Below the pieces are notes generated by a model. It made no database searches. It was given only the letters and a program-made list of their open reading frames with translations, and was not told the origin of the DNA. From Ignavibacteriota bacterium (GTDB taxonomy: Bacteria; Bacteroidota; Ignavibacteria; UBA10030), in contig OY969585.1 of the NCBI GenBank assembly GCA_963701295.1, forward strand, positions 544,001 through 608,000: a DNA stretch of 64,000 bases, read 5' to 3'. Positions 20,066 through 30,822 of this stretch are shown piece after piece. Position numbers and translations under genes: made by a program. Position 1 is the stretch's first letter. Each line of letters opens with the position of its first letter.

Positions 20066-21637
20066 GTGTTGTTCTCCTTCCGCTTTCTTGATGATACTAT
20101 GCGCACACCGCCATGAATCAACACACCGGCAAACGCGATCAGAATTAATCCCGTGCCGATATATTCTACCCAAGAAGTATAATCTCTTCCGGGAACGTAG
20201 AATCCAGTAAGAGAAGCGATTCGCCCATTGTCGCGTGTGTGGCATTCTGCACACGGCACGGTTTTGTTTTTCGGTGAAATCATATGATTCACCGGCCAAG
20301 TCATTTCAGTTTCAACGAAACCGTACTTACCGCTATAGGGAAGATTAACCATCTTCATTCCTTCTTCAGATGCCCTGTTCCAATTGAACTCTTTCCAGTA
20401 TCCTCCATCCCCTTCCTTTGTTGAAACGGTTTTCGGTTGAATGAGATATTTGTATCTGAGTATCGTAAATTTGTTTTGCACGATGTATTTTAACCGGCAC
20501 AATTTTCGAATCGGGATCATCATAACTGCCGTAAAGTGTATTGATCTTCACAGGTATTGATGGATCAATCGTATCTCCGACCAAATAATGTGAAGCAGTT
20601 CCATTGAACCAGATATAGTCCGGTTTCAAATTCTTTCCCCATACAAATGATCCCTTGATAGACATATAGATATCAGTTCCATTGGAATCCGTTTCCTCAT
20701 ACGGCTTGCCATCCTTCAGCTTTCCTGCTGTCGACCAATCCCAATAGAGTTTTGTCGGATTCACTTTGGCATATTCTGGGATATGACAGGTCTGGCAGGC
20801 AACCTTTAAAGTATGCTTATTAAGAATATCGTCTGTGTGAGGCAGCTCAGTGTGGCATTGCTCGCACTCGACGCGATTGCGGTTCATTGAAGAAACAGAA
20901 TACATCTTGCCTAGCATTTGATGCTTGCGAGCGGTATGGCAATCCACGCATTGCATATCTTCACCATCTGACGCCATATGAACATCGACATCGCGCGAGG
21001 GATCGAATAATGCTTTTTCGAGATCGCCATGCTTCACATTATTACCGCCGCCGCCGAAGAAATGGCATGTGCCGCAATTCGCACGCATCGGCTTTCCGAC
21101 ATGCTGGGCCACATTTGTTAAATTCACCGAAGCATCTGGCATTCCGGCTCCACCAACTGCTTTTATGTAGGTGTTGCTATTATCATGGCATGCGAGGCAG
21201 TCCACATTCAACGGATTCTTAAAGTCAAATTTTTCATCTCCCCAGCCGTACCCGATATGGCATTTGTTGCAACTTTGTTCATTGCCGGAAATACCAATAC
21301 AAAAATTGTTCAGAATATTTTTCTTGCCGAGCGTCCGAATGCCTTTGCCTTCCACATACTCCTGCCGCTCCCAATTCCAATGGCTGGATTGCATCACTTC
21401 TTTATGGCGTTCATTATGGCAAGCAATACATGCAGAAGTAACTTCCTGGGGTGTCGAAAAATGTTTTTTGAGTTGCGTAAATTGCGTATGATCGACAGAT
21501 GGTGTTTCTTTCTGTCGGTACTTCATGCGCAAGGTTGTAAGCGGTGTCGTTGGTGTGCCATGGTCAGTCAGGGTCAACATGACCGTCAACGAAAGCACAA
21601 GAACACCAAGCCCGACGCTGATAATCGTTTTTTTCAT
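20062..21637 (-). CDS. otr: Octaheme c-type cytochrome, tetrathionate reductase (Otr) family; +1 frameshift near 20457
   Basis: Seven CxxCH motifs in 20366..21637 plus CAECH in 20062..20523; NNFCI, CHFFGGGGNNVKHGDL and DVHM motifs. Confidence 0.9.
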
Positions 21638-21655
21638 GTGAATGGATTCCTTGTT

Positions 21656-22120
21656 TTAAGAGGAAGAATCTTTATACTCAGAGATACTGAATGATCGTTG
21701 AATCAGTTTCTTAATATTCCCGCAATCGGATGAAAGTTGATACACTTTGCAGGCACGGCATTCGCGTGTTGCACAATCGGTGTTCTTTTGCTCGAAGGTC
21801 CAGCACCCAGCATCATGCGAGCCGTATGCAGGGCAGTCATTTCGTTTTTCTGGAGGGCAACTCACTATTTCCCAGCAAGGTATCAAAGAATGAATCCTGC
21901 GAATACCTTCCATACTGATTTTCTGTTCGTTGATGGCGTTGCGAATACATCGAATGCGTTCAATATCATCTTCTGTATAGATGCGCTGATTGCCTGCACT
22001 CTTTTGTATAAGCACAAGCCCGCGTTCTTCATAAAGCCGGAGTATTTGGACTGATACCCCAAGCAATTTGGCAACTTCACCAATAGAATAGATTGTGGAC
22101 TCTTTTGTCTCGGTTCTCAT
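21656..22120 (-). CDS. MerR family regulator with Cys-rich (two-CW-like) C-terminal domain
   Basis: YSIGEVAKLLGVSVQILRLYEERGL; PCWEIVSC...CPAY...CW...C...CRAC. Confidence 0.88.
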   Translation of the reverse strand: MRTETKESTIYSIGEVAKLLGVSVQILRLYEERGLVLIQKSAGNQRIYTEDDIERIRCIRNAINEQKISMEGIRRIHSLIPCWEIVSCPPEKRNDCPAYGSHDAGCWTFEQKNTDCATRECRACKVYQLSSDCGNIKKLIQRSFSISEYKDSSS

Positions 22121-22129
22121 AGCTACATT

Positions 22130-22184
22130 TATAATTAGCAACTATTGTGCCGCATAAACATAGGCAATAATGCTAATTATAGCA
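22130..22184. promoter_or_regulatory. Inverted repeat upstream of the MerR gene
   Basis: TATAATTAGCA (22130-22140) and TGCTAATTATA (22171-22181). Confidence 0.5.
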
Positions 22185-22307
22185 AATTGAGCTTGGACTA
22201 AACGCAAAAATGGAAATAAGCTTTGAGCTTTATAAAAAATAGGAATGAACAAAAAAGAACAAATGCTGGTAAAATTACCTTATGCAGAAACTCTTGCAAA
22301 GCAATTA

Positions 22308-22851
22308 TCAGACAGTAAACCTGAAGAAAACCATATGCTGTAACTGAATTGTTTCTACAGAAGAGAAGCCCACTTGTTTTGCAGCTGAAAGAATTTCTTC
22401 AGTTTTGAGACGATGTTCTAATGGCGGACCGCTTTCTTCCTGTTTGTAAGGCCATTCGAGGATACAAACTTTTTGCTTTGCGACGCGTTTGGATTCAGAA
22501 AGTGCTTTGACAATATCGCTCAGATTCATGCAACACATGACCCAAATAGACAATATCACAAGAGCCATCTTTTAAAGGAATTTCCTCCACGACTCCATCG
22601 AGAAATGTTCCGGTCGGTACAAACTCTTTAGCTGTTTTCAGCATTTCTGGATTCGGATCGATCCCTGTGACATTCATTCCTCTCTTTGAAAATGCCTCTG
22701 CGAATATCCCGCTTCCTGTTCCTATATCCAGAACAGTCAAAGCTTTAACACCTTCAAGACAGAGATCAACAACCCGATCTACTTCGAGTAATGCAACTCG
22801 TTGCGGGGCTCGAAGGCGTTCAATTTCTCCATTAAACCTGCGTTCGTGCAT
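22308..22851 (-). CDS. Class I SAM-dependent methyltransferase; +1 frameshift near 22520
   Basis: VLDIGTGSG motif; VLHES / DIVKALSE frames join. Confidence 0.85.
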
Positions 22852-22869
22852 ATCGTCCCTTGAATAATA

Positions 22870-23124
22870 TTATTTCTCACTCCAATAGTGCATTACTTTA
22901 GCTTGTATATATTGCGCAAGTGCCATACGGACTATGCTGCTCGTGCATTCACTCTCGAACTTGCTACAAGCATTGCTCGCAATCTTTTCTGCTTCTTCTT
23001 TAGATCGTGCATCGTGAATGCGTTCTTCAATTCCGGAGCAGTGTTTTGCGATGAGCTCGGATTGGCGGGTCTGATTAAGTCGCAGAAATTGTTGCTCGTT
23101 GATTAGCTCTTCATTCCGTATCAT
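22870..23124 (-). CDS. Hypothetical protein
   Basis: 84-aa ORF packed within the operon. Confidence 0.65.
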   Translation of the reverse strand: MIRNEELINEQQFLRLNQTRQSELIAKHCSGIEERIHDARSKEEAEKIASNACSKFESECTSSIVRMALAQYIQAKVMHYWSEK

Positions 23125-23133
23125 TATTTTTTA

Positions 23134-23496
23134 TTACTTTCCAAAGATCATCTTCATTCCAAGGAGCACAAGAAATACGCCGAATATTTTTCCGAGAATA
23201 TCGTTTGATATTCCTGTCGCATAACGGGCACCAAATAAGCTACCGACAATAAATCCAGTCGCAATGATTGCTGCTACCTTAATATCCACAAACCCATGTT
23301 TGTAATAGGTCCACGCGGCAAGAATACCGATGGGAGGAACAAGAAGCGCAAGCGTTGTTCCCTGCGCCTGCTGTTGTGAGAATCCGAAAAGAAAGACAAG
23401 TGCCGGAACAATCAAGATTCCGCCGCCTATCCCTACGAGTCCGCTCAGAATGCCAGCACCTAAACCTAAGAGTAGATATGCAATAATATTTCCCAT
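23134..23496 (-). CDS. TSUP (TauE/SafE) family sulfur exporter, half-size
   Basis: AGILSGLVGIGGG...VPAL...AQGTTLA. Confidence 0.9.
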   Translation of the reverse strand: MGNIIAYLLLGLGAGILSGLVGIGGGILIVPALVFLFGFSQQQAQGTTLALLVPPIGILAAWTYYKHGFVDIKVAAIIATGFIVGSLFGARYATGISNDILGKIFGVFLVLLGMKMIFGK

Positions 23497-23582
23497 ACAA
23501 TTGTGTCCTTTTTATTGCTTTATGAATATTCCCCTGTTAATAAACAGGAGAATTGCAATAAAAACAAGATTTGGTCAATACG

Positions 23583-23805
23583 TTACAGAATTTGAGACTG
23601 TCTCTTTGATTTCATCCTATATATAAGATGCCGGACTGAAAGGATCAAGAGGACACTGCCTACCGAAATCTGTAACACCAAGAAAGAGTGCAGCAGCGGA
23701 ACCAATCAATAAGTAATAACTCCTGGGGCTTCCTAGAAGAAAGAGTATGATCCCCAGGATTCCAATTCCCTTCAACATATTTCTAATCATGATTCGTTGT
23801 TGCAT
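23583..23805 (-). CDS. DUF2892/YgaP-like membrane protein; +1 frameshift near 23647
   Basis: Two TM segments then QCPL; alternative frame continues ILSVRHLIYRMKSKR to TAA at 23583. Confidence 0.6.
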
Positions 23806-23815
23806 TTGATTCTCT

Positions 23816-24025
23816 TTAAGCATCTTTCTTTTTTATCGTCGAAAGCTTCAGTGGCAGATACAACGGGCAGAACCCGATTGCGCTTGTCAATAAAAAGACC
23901 ACGGCAAAGATGCCAAGAATAATGGCTGCCGTACCAGTGATTTGATTAGTGAAGTATAGAACGGCTATTACTGCAGCAACAAGAACGCGAACTACTTTAT
24001 CGATTGAACCCATATTTTGTTTCAT
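23816..24025 (-). CDS. DUF2892/YgaP-like membrane protein
   Basis: MKQNMGSIDKVVR...GFCPLY. Confidence 0.9.
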   Translation of the reverse strand: MKQNMGSIDKVVRVLVAAVIAVLYFTNQITGTAAIILGIFAVVFLLTSAIGFCPLYLPLKLSTIKKKDA

Positions 24026-24191
24026 GATAATGCTCCTTTGTAATTGGATTGTTTATAAATAGGATGCAAGAAGCCCAAATAAGATTCCGTAGTCCAGAAA
24101 ATATTTTATTCAAAATTGGCGAATCGTTTTCATTTCCCCATCATCGTATCTATAACAAAGAAAATGTAACGATAAATAAAGGAGAATAGCC

Positions 24192-24572
24192 ATGTCAGAA
24201 CATCTCAACAAAGAATCTTTTCGTGATAAAGTCTTTAACTTCGAAAAGAATAAAGAGTGGAAGTATGAGGGAAATCTTCCAGCACTTGTCGACTTTTGGG
24301 CACCTTGGTGTGGTCCGTGCCGTATGGTGGGTCCAGTCATCGATGAACTTTCCAAAGAATATGAAGGAAAAGTGAATTTTTATAAAGTGAATACAGACGA
24401 AGAGCAAGAGCTTGCAGGGATGTTCGGTATTCGAAGCATTCCATCACTGCTATTTATTCCAGTCACCGGAGAACCAAAGATGGCAATGGGCGCCTTACCA
24501 AAAAAGGAACTGAAAAGAATTATTGACACTGACTTGATTCCATCCATCCAAGAAGCAGCGGTAGTTCGATGA
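24192..24572 (+). CDS. trxA: Thioredoxin
   Basis: DFWAPWCGPC, SIPSLL. Confidence 0.95.
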   Translation: MSEHLNKESFRDKVFNFEKNKEWKYEGNLPALVDFWAPWCGPCRMVGPVIDELSKEYEGKVNFYKVNTDEEQELAGMFGIRSIPSLLFIPVTGEPKMAMGALPKKELKRIIDTDLIPSIQEAAVVR

Positions 24573-24794
24573 AACAAATTATTCATCAGTTCAAGGTGTA
24601 CTTCACAGGTTCGATTTGGCGAAAACGAATACCGTTTTCTCTCATCGGGGCTTTAGGTGGTTATGCATTATTATTTTATCAGGTGCCGTTCTGGGGCATA
24701 TCCGATTTCAAGCAATCCATGGATAAGCACAGCATATGGTCTCGGCATGGGGTTTATCTTGACTATTGGAGAAAGAAAAAAACCACAATCTTAA
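24569..24794 (+). pseudogene. DUF6132-like membrane protein pseudogene, copy 1
   Basis: IGALGGYA, frameshift, YYFIRCRSGAYPISSNPWISTAYG. Confidence 0.7.
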
Positions 24795-25027
24795 GATTAC
24801 AAGTTTGTAATGGATACCCTGTAAACAAAATTGTGAATTCGTTTTATTGTTCTAACTTCAAATCGTATTACAGATTTATTAGATTTCATTAAATATTTCA
24901 ATGATTACGCTTTCACGATTTTGATTTTTAGGTAAAATGAATTACTGGTACCATCAAATTCAAGTAATATGAAAATCGCCTAACACGAAATTAAAACTGT
25001 TCGACCAAAGAGAATTTGTATTAATAT

Positions 25028-25774
25028 CTACATACGACGGATCTGATCTGCGTATCGACGACTGACAATAAGCTCGGTTTCTCTCTTGTCTTTGAGTTTC
25101 GCTTTGTATCGTCCGGCAAACCACTTGACAAACTCACGAATAAAATTCACATTGACGATGACAGCGCGATGAATGCGAATGAAATCAGACTTGTCCAGCT
25201 TGACCTCGAGTTCGGTGATTGTTTCATCAATCATATACTCCCGGTCTGATGTATGGAGAAATGTGTATTTATCCTTCGCCTCAAAATAAACAACATCTGA
25301 AAGATCAAGGAGAAGTATCTTTTCTCCGATTTTTACTTTCATACGCTGCAGCGATGGTGATACAAGTTGCGACAACATTCGTTCAATGTTTTCATTAAAT
25401 CGAAGCTTTGAATTTTCGAAGAGCCTTCGAATTTTTTCCACTGCCTTGTCGAGTCGCTTCTGGCCTATTGGTTTCAATAGATAATCGATTGAGTTCTCGT
25501 CGAATGCTTTCAATGCGTATTCGTTGTATGCTGTGGCAAAGACGATAAAGGGCTTTGTCTGTAACCGGCGGATGACTTCAAATCCGTCGCACCCCGGCAT
25601 TTGAACATCCAGAAAAATCACATCTGGCCGTAGGGCAGATATTTTTTCAACAGCTTCTTCACCATTTTGTGCTTCAGCGACAATTTCTAGTTCCGGTTGA
25701 TATTTCTGGAGCAGCTTTCGCAAGCGCTTTCGGGCAAGTTCTTCATCGTCCACAATGATTGTGCGAATATGCAT
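25028..25774 (-). CDS. LytTR family response regulator
   Basis: IVDDEELAR, FLDVQMP, FIRIHRAVIVN. Confidence 0.95.
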   Translation of the reverse strand: MHIRTIIVDDEELARKRLRKLLQKYQPELEIVAEAQNGEEAVEKISALRPDVIFLDVQMPGCDGFEVIRRLQTKPFIVFATAYNEYALKAFDENSIDYLLKPIGQKRLDKAVEKIRRLFENSKLRFNENIERMLSQLVSPSLQRMKVKIGEKILLLDLSDVVYFEAKDKYTFLHTSDREYMIDETITELEVKLDKSDFIRIHRAVIVNVNFIREFVKWFAGRYKAKLKDKRETELIVSRRYADQIRRM

Positions 25775-25782
25775 AGGTGGCC

Positions 25783-26805
25783 TTAAGAAAGAGGAATTGA
25801 GATATGTATGTGTGTGCTTCCATCGTGAAACATATTCAAGGCTGCCTTATTCCCGTAGATCAGTTTTAAACGCTCCCGGATACTTTTCAATCCGAATCCT
25901 GTTTCACTGGCTTCAATCGTAAAACCTTTTCCGGAATCAGTCACTGAAATAAGGCATTTGTCATCGATTTGTTTTGCTTCGACGCGTATTGTGCCTCCAT
26001 CTACTTCGATTGCAATACCATGCTTGATGCTGTTCTCAACCAACGGTTGAATAAGAAGAGCTGGCACGTCAATATTGTTGAGCCGATCATCATTTGTGAT
26101 TTCGAATTCCAATCTATTCCCGAACCGGATTTTCTCAATCTGGAGATACGAACGAACAATTTCTAATTCCTCAGTAAGTTTGACAGTACTGTTTGCTGTG
26201 CATTGTAAGGTGTACCGGAAAAGTTCTGATAGTTTCTCGACCGTTGATTCTGCTGCTGCCGGATTTTCAGAGATGAGGCTGGCAATTGAGTTAAGAGTGT
26301 TGAAAAGGAAATGTGGATTGACCTTAGCTTGCAGCGCTTCTAATTCTGCCTGCGTTTTGAGACGCATGAGTTTCTCTTCTTGGATTTCTTTCTCCTTCAG
26401 CTTTTCTGCCATATGTTGTACCTTCCCTCGGAGTGAAAAATAGAGGAAAGCAATACCCCCAAAGACTATCGCAAGAAGGAGATTAAAAAGAAGAAGTCGG
26501 AAATGACCTTGCATATCAAGATTCATTTTTAATATTATAGTTCCGATTTCAGTGCCGACAAATCCACCTATCAAAAAGAGAACAAACAGAGCGCCACTTC
26601 TAGGAATCAGAGAAAGCAGTTCAAGTCGGTGTAAAAAGATGTGAAGGAGGATTGAAATTGAAATACCGATGCAGTACGAAAAAACGAACGAGGCATATAC
26701 GTAGATGATCCAATGAGATGGGTCTATAAACGTCAACGCGGCTGCCACAATTACTGTGCTGACCAAACAAATCATTCCTGTTCGAATGAAATCTTTCTTC
26801 GTCAT
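25783..26805 (-). CDS. LytS-type sensor histidine kinase
   Basis: LQAKVNPHFLFNTLNSI, QPLVENSIKHG, N-terminal TM helices. Confidence 0.93.
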   Translation of the reverse strand: MTKKDFIRTGMICLVSTVIVAAALTFIDPSHWIIYVYASFVFSYCIGISISILLHIFLHRLELLSLIPRSGALFVLFLIGGFVGTEIGTIILKMNLDMQGHFRLLLFNLLLAIVFGGIAFLYFSLRGKVQHMAEKLKEKEIQEEKLMRLKTQAELEALQAKVNPHFLFNTLNSIASLISENPAAAESTVEKLSELFRYTLQCTANSTVKLTEELEIVRSYLQIEKIRFGNRLEFEITNDDRLNNIDVPALLIQPLVENSIKHGIAIEVDGGTIRVEAKQIDDKCLISVTDSGKGFTIEASETGFGLKSIRERLKLIYGNKAALNMFHDGSTHIHISIPLS

Positions 26806-28085
26806 AGTTGGACTCCAATTCCAAGGTTCAATGCATCGGTTGTAAATAACGAGCCAAATTCTGAGCCGTCTCTTCCCAGATATGCAGTATAACGCACATA
26901 GAGAGAATAATTCTCCCAAACTCTTTTAGTAATACTCTGGACCAAGACAGTGCTCAGGTCGGTCGCATTCATAAAACAGATCATTTCAAAGCTCCAGCTT
27001 TCTGCTGAAAAGAATCCACGCGCGAACAGATAATCCTGCATTGTTCCACGCGGTGAAAGAGTTCTGAGCGACCAGAGCAGGTTCATGCGTGAAGGCTCAA
27101 CCAACTCCGGTGGAACGGTGATCGTCCCTTTCTGGACCGCATTCTGAAATTTAACAAAGTTCATCCATCTATTCCATTCCTGCGAACTCAATCCTTCGGC
27201 ATTGTGGTAATATTCTAACGCCAGATTTAAGCCGTTATCAAATGTATATTGTCCACCAATTAACACCTTGTAAAAAATCTGTTTTGAATTATCATATAAT
27301 GATATATATGGATCAGAAACAAAAATCTGCTTCTCGTTATCAGTCGTAATGATCCGATGGTACTGATATGATGAACCCATTTTTGCGATACATTCACCGT
27401 GCAGCTCTAATTGATCACCAATAACATAAGAGAAATTTACGCCACATTCGAGCCTGTCGCTTTGTTTGTAATGCCCAACGAGAGAAACGTCAAAGCCGCT
27501 CAGGAAAGTGTTAGCCCGGATTGCGTACTCGTTAGTACCCCAATACAACGCGGAGTTTACTATCTGAACATCATTCAAATAGACAAATGTCAGCGAACTT
27601 TTTTCGTGATACGCGGTCAGGGAGAGGAGCGTTCTGCCGTCGTTCTGGTTGAGCCTGTCTGATGGATCGGAAGGGGAGCGTGGCGGCTCGACGACACCGG
27701 TAGGATTAAACGCATATCCTGTCCCCCACTTAAGGATTTTTTTTCCGATCAGAAGGTTCATCTCATCGGTAACAGAAATATCCGCTGAAAGTTCACGGAT
27801 TCTATAATTGTATTCCGGTCTGCTTATATCGTTCGTGATGGCAGTAAACCCAAACGAGCCACAAAACACACTATATCCGAGAGAAAGAGATGCAGTTCCC
27901 ATTTGCCCAAACGTCGGCTGCGGCAGTATTCGATTATTGTAATTCAGAGGAGTTGTTGTATTGATCTTGTAGTACGTTCCTTCTTCCACAAACGAACAAC
28001 CGGTTTCCAGAGGTTGAGCATAGATTGCAGGCATAGCGAAAAGAATTGTTTGCCAAACGATCATCAAGCGTGGTAATCGGGTCAT
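26802..28085 (-). CDS. Putative outer-membrane beta-barrel protein
   Basis: Signal-like N-terminus, GKKILKWGTG, alternating C-terminal strand; in ABC operon. Confidence 0.7.
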   Translation of the reverse strand: MTRLPRLMIVWQTILFAMPAIYAQPLETGCSFVEEGTYYKINTTTPLNYNNRILPQPTFGQMGTASLSLGYSVFCGSFGFTAITNDISRPEYNYRIRELSADISVTDEMNLLIGKKILKWGTGYAFNPTGVVEPPRSPSDPSDRLNQNDGRTLLSLTAYHEKSSLTFVYLNDVQIVNSALYWGTNEYAIRANTFLSGFDVSLVGHYKQSDRLECGVNFSYVIGDQLELHGECIAKMGSSYQYHRIITTDNEKQIFVSDPYISLYDNSKQIFYKVLIGGQYTFDNGLNLALEYYHNAEGLSSQEWNRWMNFVKFQNAVQKGTITVPPELVEPSRMNLLWSLRTLSPRGTMQDYLFARGFFSAESWSFEMICFMNATDLSTVLVQSITKRVWENYSLYVRYTAYLGRDGSEFGSLFTTDALNLGIGVQL

Positions 28086-28856
28086 CGAAGTTTTTCCAGA
28101 TAATCTTTGTTGAAATACTTTGCCGGAATGTCGCGTTGTGTATATCCAGTAAAGGTCATAATTGTTGTCCTCCCTTCGCGAAGCGCATCGAAAATTGTCA
28201 TCTGCGAAAGAAGGACTTTGTTGGAAACAAGACTGTACTTATTATAGAGAATAGTCTTGTAATGTTTTCCTGAGGTTAAATAGATTTCCGCTTTCTTTGG
28301 ACGGAGATTCTCTTTTGCTACCCAGTACCTCGATTCTCTGATAGGTTGCGCCATCCCGTTTTGCCGTTAATTCAAGCATGAAACAGTGAACTCCATCTAT
28401 GACTTCTCCACGTTTGAATGTTGCAGTATAATCATCCGCGTAATGTGTACGGGCAATGTCACCATTTGAAGCATCGCCCATCAGTCGTTGCAAAGGAGTA
28501 ATACGGATCGGCTTCCGTGTGTTCGGCATGTAAATCCACATAGCATCGTCGAGCATAAGTAGGTACTGACCCTTGACATCGGCATTCAAGAACTTCACCA
28601 GCGTCTTATCGGCTCCTTTCATAGACACCTCGAAACTGCCTTCGTCCTTTAATTCCTCATCCACATAGTTTTTAATGTTCGTGATGTTTGTGTAAGATTC
28701 CCATCCGTTCCGGCTTAGATCAGACTGTTGCAGAATCTCTTCTGCCGTCGGTGTATCATTTTTGTGTTGTATCGATTGTTCCACTTGAGCGGAAGTTGTT
28801 TTAATCGCGAGGAGTATTACCACGCACAAAGCTAAACAAATAAAGTTATATCTCAT
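28082..28856 (-). CDS. LolA-like outer-membrane lipoprotein-sorting protein; +1 frameshift near 28330
   Basis: MWIYMPNTRKPIRITPLQRLMGDASNGDIA; YQRIE / YWVAKE frames join. Confidence 0.82.
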
Positions 28857-28876
28857 TTGATTTATCCTTTTCACAC

Positions 28877-30103
28877 TCATATATGTCCAAGAGCATCGAC
28901 TATTTTCATACGGGATGCTTTGAGAGCGGGAATGATCGTCGACAAGACTGTTGTTACAATAATGAGCAGGAACACACCTGCAAAGATCTGGGGTACAAGG
29001 TCGACGAATAACGGATAGCCATTCGTGAATCCGGGTGGCGGCGGCATTGTCATTCCGGAATAATTGATCAAGAGTGATAACCCGAGCGCAATGATCAATC
29101 CAAGTCCGCCTCCGAGAATTCCAACGACTAATCCTTCATAGAGGAAGTTCACAAGCAGCCTTACACGGGATGTGCCGACGGCAAGCTGGGTTCCAATTTC
29201 TTTCGTACGTTCAAATATGGACATCATCATTGTGTTCGAACTGCTCAACACGACAATAACAAAGATGATAACCCCAAGGAATACAAAAATGGAATTGTAT
29301 AATTGAACAACCGCTTTATAGAATGTCGCAAGTTCGTCCCACCTTTTTGAAACCGTATTGGGCAGAAGTTTGTCGAGAACCGAAGCCACCTCTTGTGTCT
29401 TTTCGGTTTCATCCAGAACGACAACCAGTTTTGAAACCTTTTGTGTGACAAGAAGCTGTTGGGCAGTATGCAGATTCACCATAAGCGCACGTTCATCGTA
29501 TTCTGGGATTCCTGTCGAGTAAATACCTGCAACCTTAACATCCATTGCGTTCAAGGCGCCTTTTGATGTTGTTGTCATGAGAGTGAGATACTCCCCGACT
29601 TTTGCTTTGAGAGTTTTCGCAAGTCCTCGTGCGACGATCACTTCCGCATCAGATTCGTTTTGTAGATTCTCCCCCAGAAACTTTCCGGTATCGACGTTCA
29701 GGGCAAATCCGGTAAGCTTGCTCTCCTTCTCCGGCTCAACACCGCGGCCAAGGAACACTGCAGACTTGTCGCCGTTCGAAAGGAGACCAGAGAATTCTAT
29801 TCGTGCCATGGTGAATCGAACATGGTTCAGTGTGAGTATAATCCTAGTGATCTCCTGCACGTTATCTAGTCCAAACTGGAGTGGTTTTTCCTCTTCTACT
29901 TGAAAGAAGTCCTTGTGATAAATCTGAATATGTCCAAGCTGGCCACGGATGGTGCTTTCACGAAGTCCCCTGAAAGAAAACGAAATGAATCCACCGGCAA
30001 GAATGAGAGCCGTGGCACCGAATACGAGAACCAACCCTGTGATAATCGTCCTTCGTCGGTTACGAAACACATTCTTAAAAGCAAGTTTGATAAATTTAAA
30101 CAT
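28877..30103 (-). CDS. ABC transporter permease (FtsX/LolE-like)
   Basis: KNVFRNRRRT, SIFERTKEIG. Confidence 0.92.
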   Translation of the reverse strand: MFKFIKLAFKNVFRNRRRTIITGLVLVFGATALILAGGFISFSFRGLRESTIRGQLGHIQIYHKDFFQVEEEKPLQFGLDNVQEITRIILTLNHVRFTMARIEFSGLLSNGDKSAVFLGRGVEPEKESKLTGFALNVDTGKFLGENLQNESDAEVIVARGLAKTLKAKVGEYLTLMTTTSKGALNAMDVKVAGIYSTGIPEYDERALMVNLHTAQQLLVTQKVSKLVVVLDETEKTQEVASVLDKLLPNTVSKRWDELATFYKAVVQLYNSIFVFLGVIIFVIVVLSSSNTMMMSIFERTKEIGTQLAVGTSRVRLLVNFLYEGLVVGILGGGLGLIIALGLSLLINYSGMTMPPPPGFTNGYPLFVDLVPQIFAGVFLLIIVTTVLSTIIPALKASRMKIVDALGHI

Positions 30104-30118
30104 TTTTTATTCTCCTCG

Positions 30119-30802
30119 TTAGGTTTGTCCGTCAACAATCTCGCCATCATGAAGCCGTATCACGCGTTTTGCATACTTTACCACAACAGGATCGTGTGTG
30201 GAAAACAGGAATGTTACATTGTCTTCTTCATTTAACGTACGCATCAGGTCAAGAATCTCCGCAGCGGTTGCAGAATCGATATTCGCAGTTGGTTCATCTG
30301 CAAGAACGAGCTGAGGATGGTTTACCAGAGCACGCGCGATTGCTACTCGTTGTCGCTGGCCGCCGGAAAGCTCATTAGGTTTATGATGGCGGTGTTCCCA
30401 GAGCTTGACTTCCCGCAGAATGCGTTCAACCAGAGTTCTTCGTTCTGCTGAACTCTTTGCGGTCAAGAGGAGAGGATATTCTACATTCTCATACGCCGTC
30501 AACACTGGGATAAGATTAAATGTCTGGAAAATGAACCCGATTTTTTCGAGGCGGAGTTTGTGATGGTTCGAACGACCGTTGTATGTGATCCTGACGCCAT
30601 CAAAAAACACCTCCCCGCTTGTTGGAGAGTCGATGAATCCGAGAAGGTTCAGCAAAGTGGTTTTTCCACTCCCTGATGGACCACATATCGTAGCGAACTC
30701 ACCTCGCTCCATTTTCATTGTAACGTTATGGAGTGCCGGAATGATTACTTTTCCAAGTTCATAGCGTTTCACAATATTTTCTGTTTGTATGAGAGCATTC
30801 AC
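30119..30802 (-). CDS. ABC transporter ATP-binding protein (LolD-like)
   Basis: GPSGSGKT, LSGGQRQR, LADEPT; GTG start with AGGAG RBS. Confidence 0.93.
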   Translation of the reverse strand: MNALIQTENIVKRYELGKVIIPALHNVTMKMERGEFATICGPSGSGKTTLLNLLGFIDSPTSGEVFFDGVRITYNGRSNHHKLRLEKIGFIFQTFNLIPVLTAYENVEYPLLLTAKSSAERRTLVERILREVKLWEHRHHKPNELSGGQRQRVAIARALVNHPQLVLADEPTANIDSATAAEILDLMRTLNEEDNVTFLFSTHDPVVVKYAKRVIRLHDGEIVDGQT

Positions 30803-30822
30803 AATGTGTATCTCCTGAATGG

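Noticed and set aside
24978-25000. GCCTAACACGAAATTAAAACTG, and similar ATCTAAC motifs near 36863 and 42649, as attC sites
   Set aside because: Only a core-site-like heptamer; no convincing complementary half
11240-28340. Programmed ribosomal frameshifting at the split genes
   Set aside because: No slippery heptamers or shared context at the breakpoints
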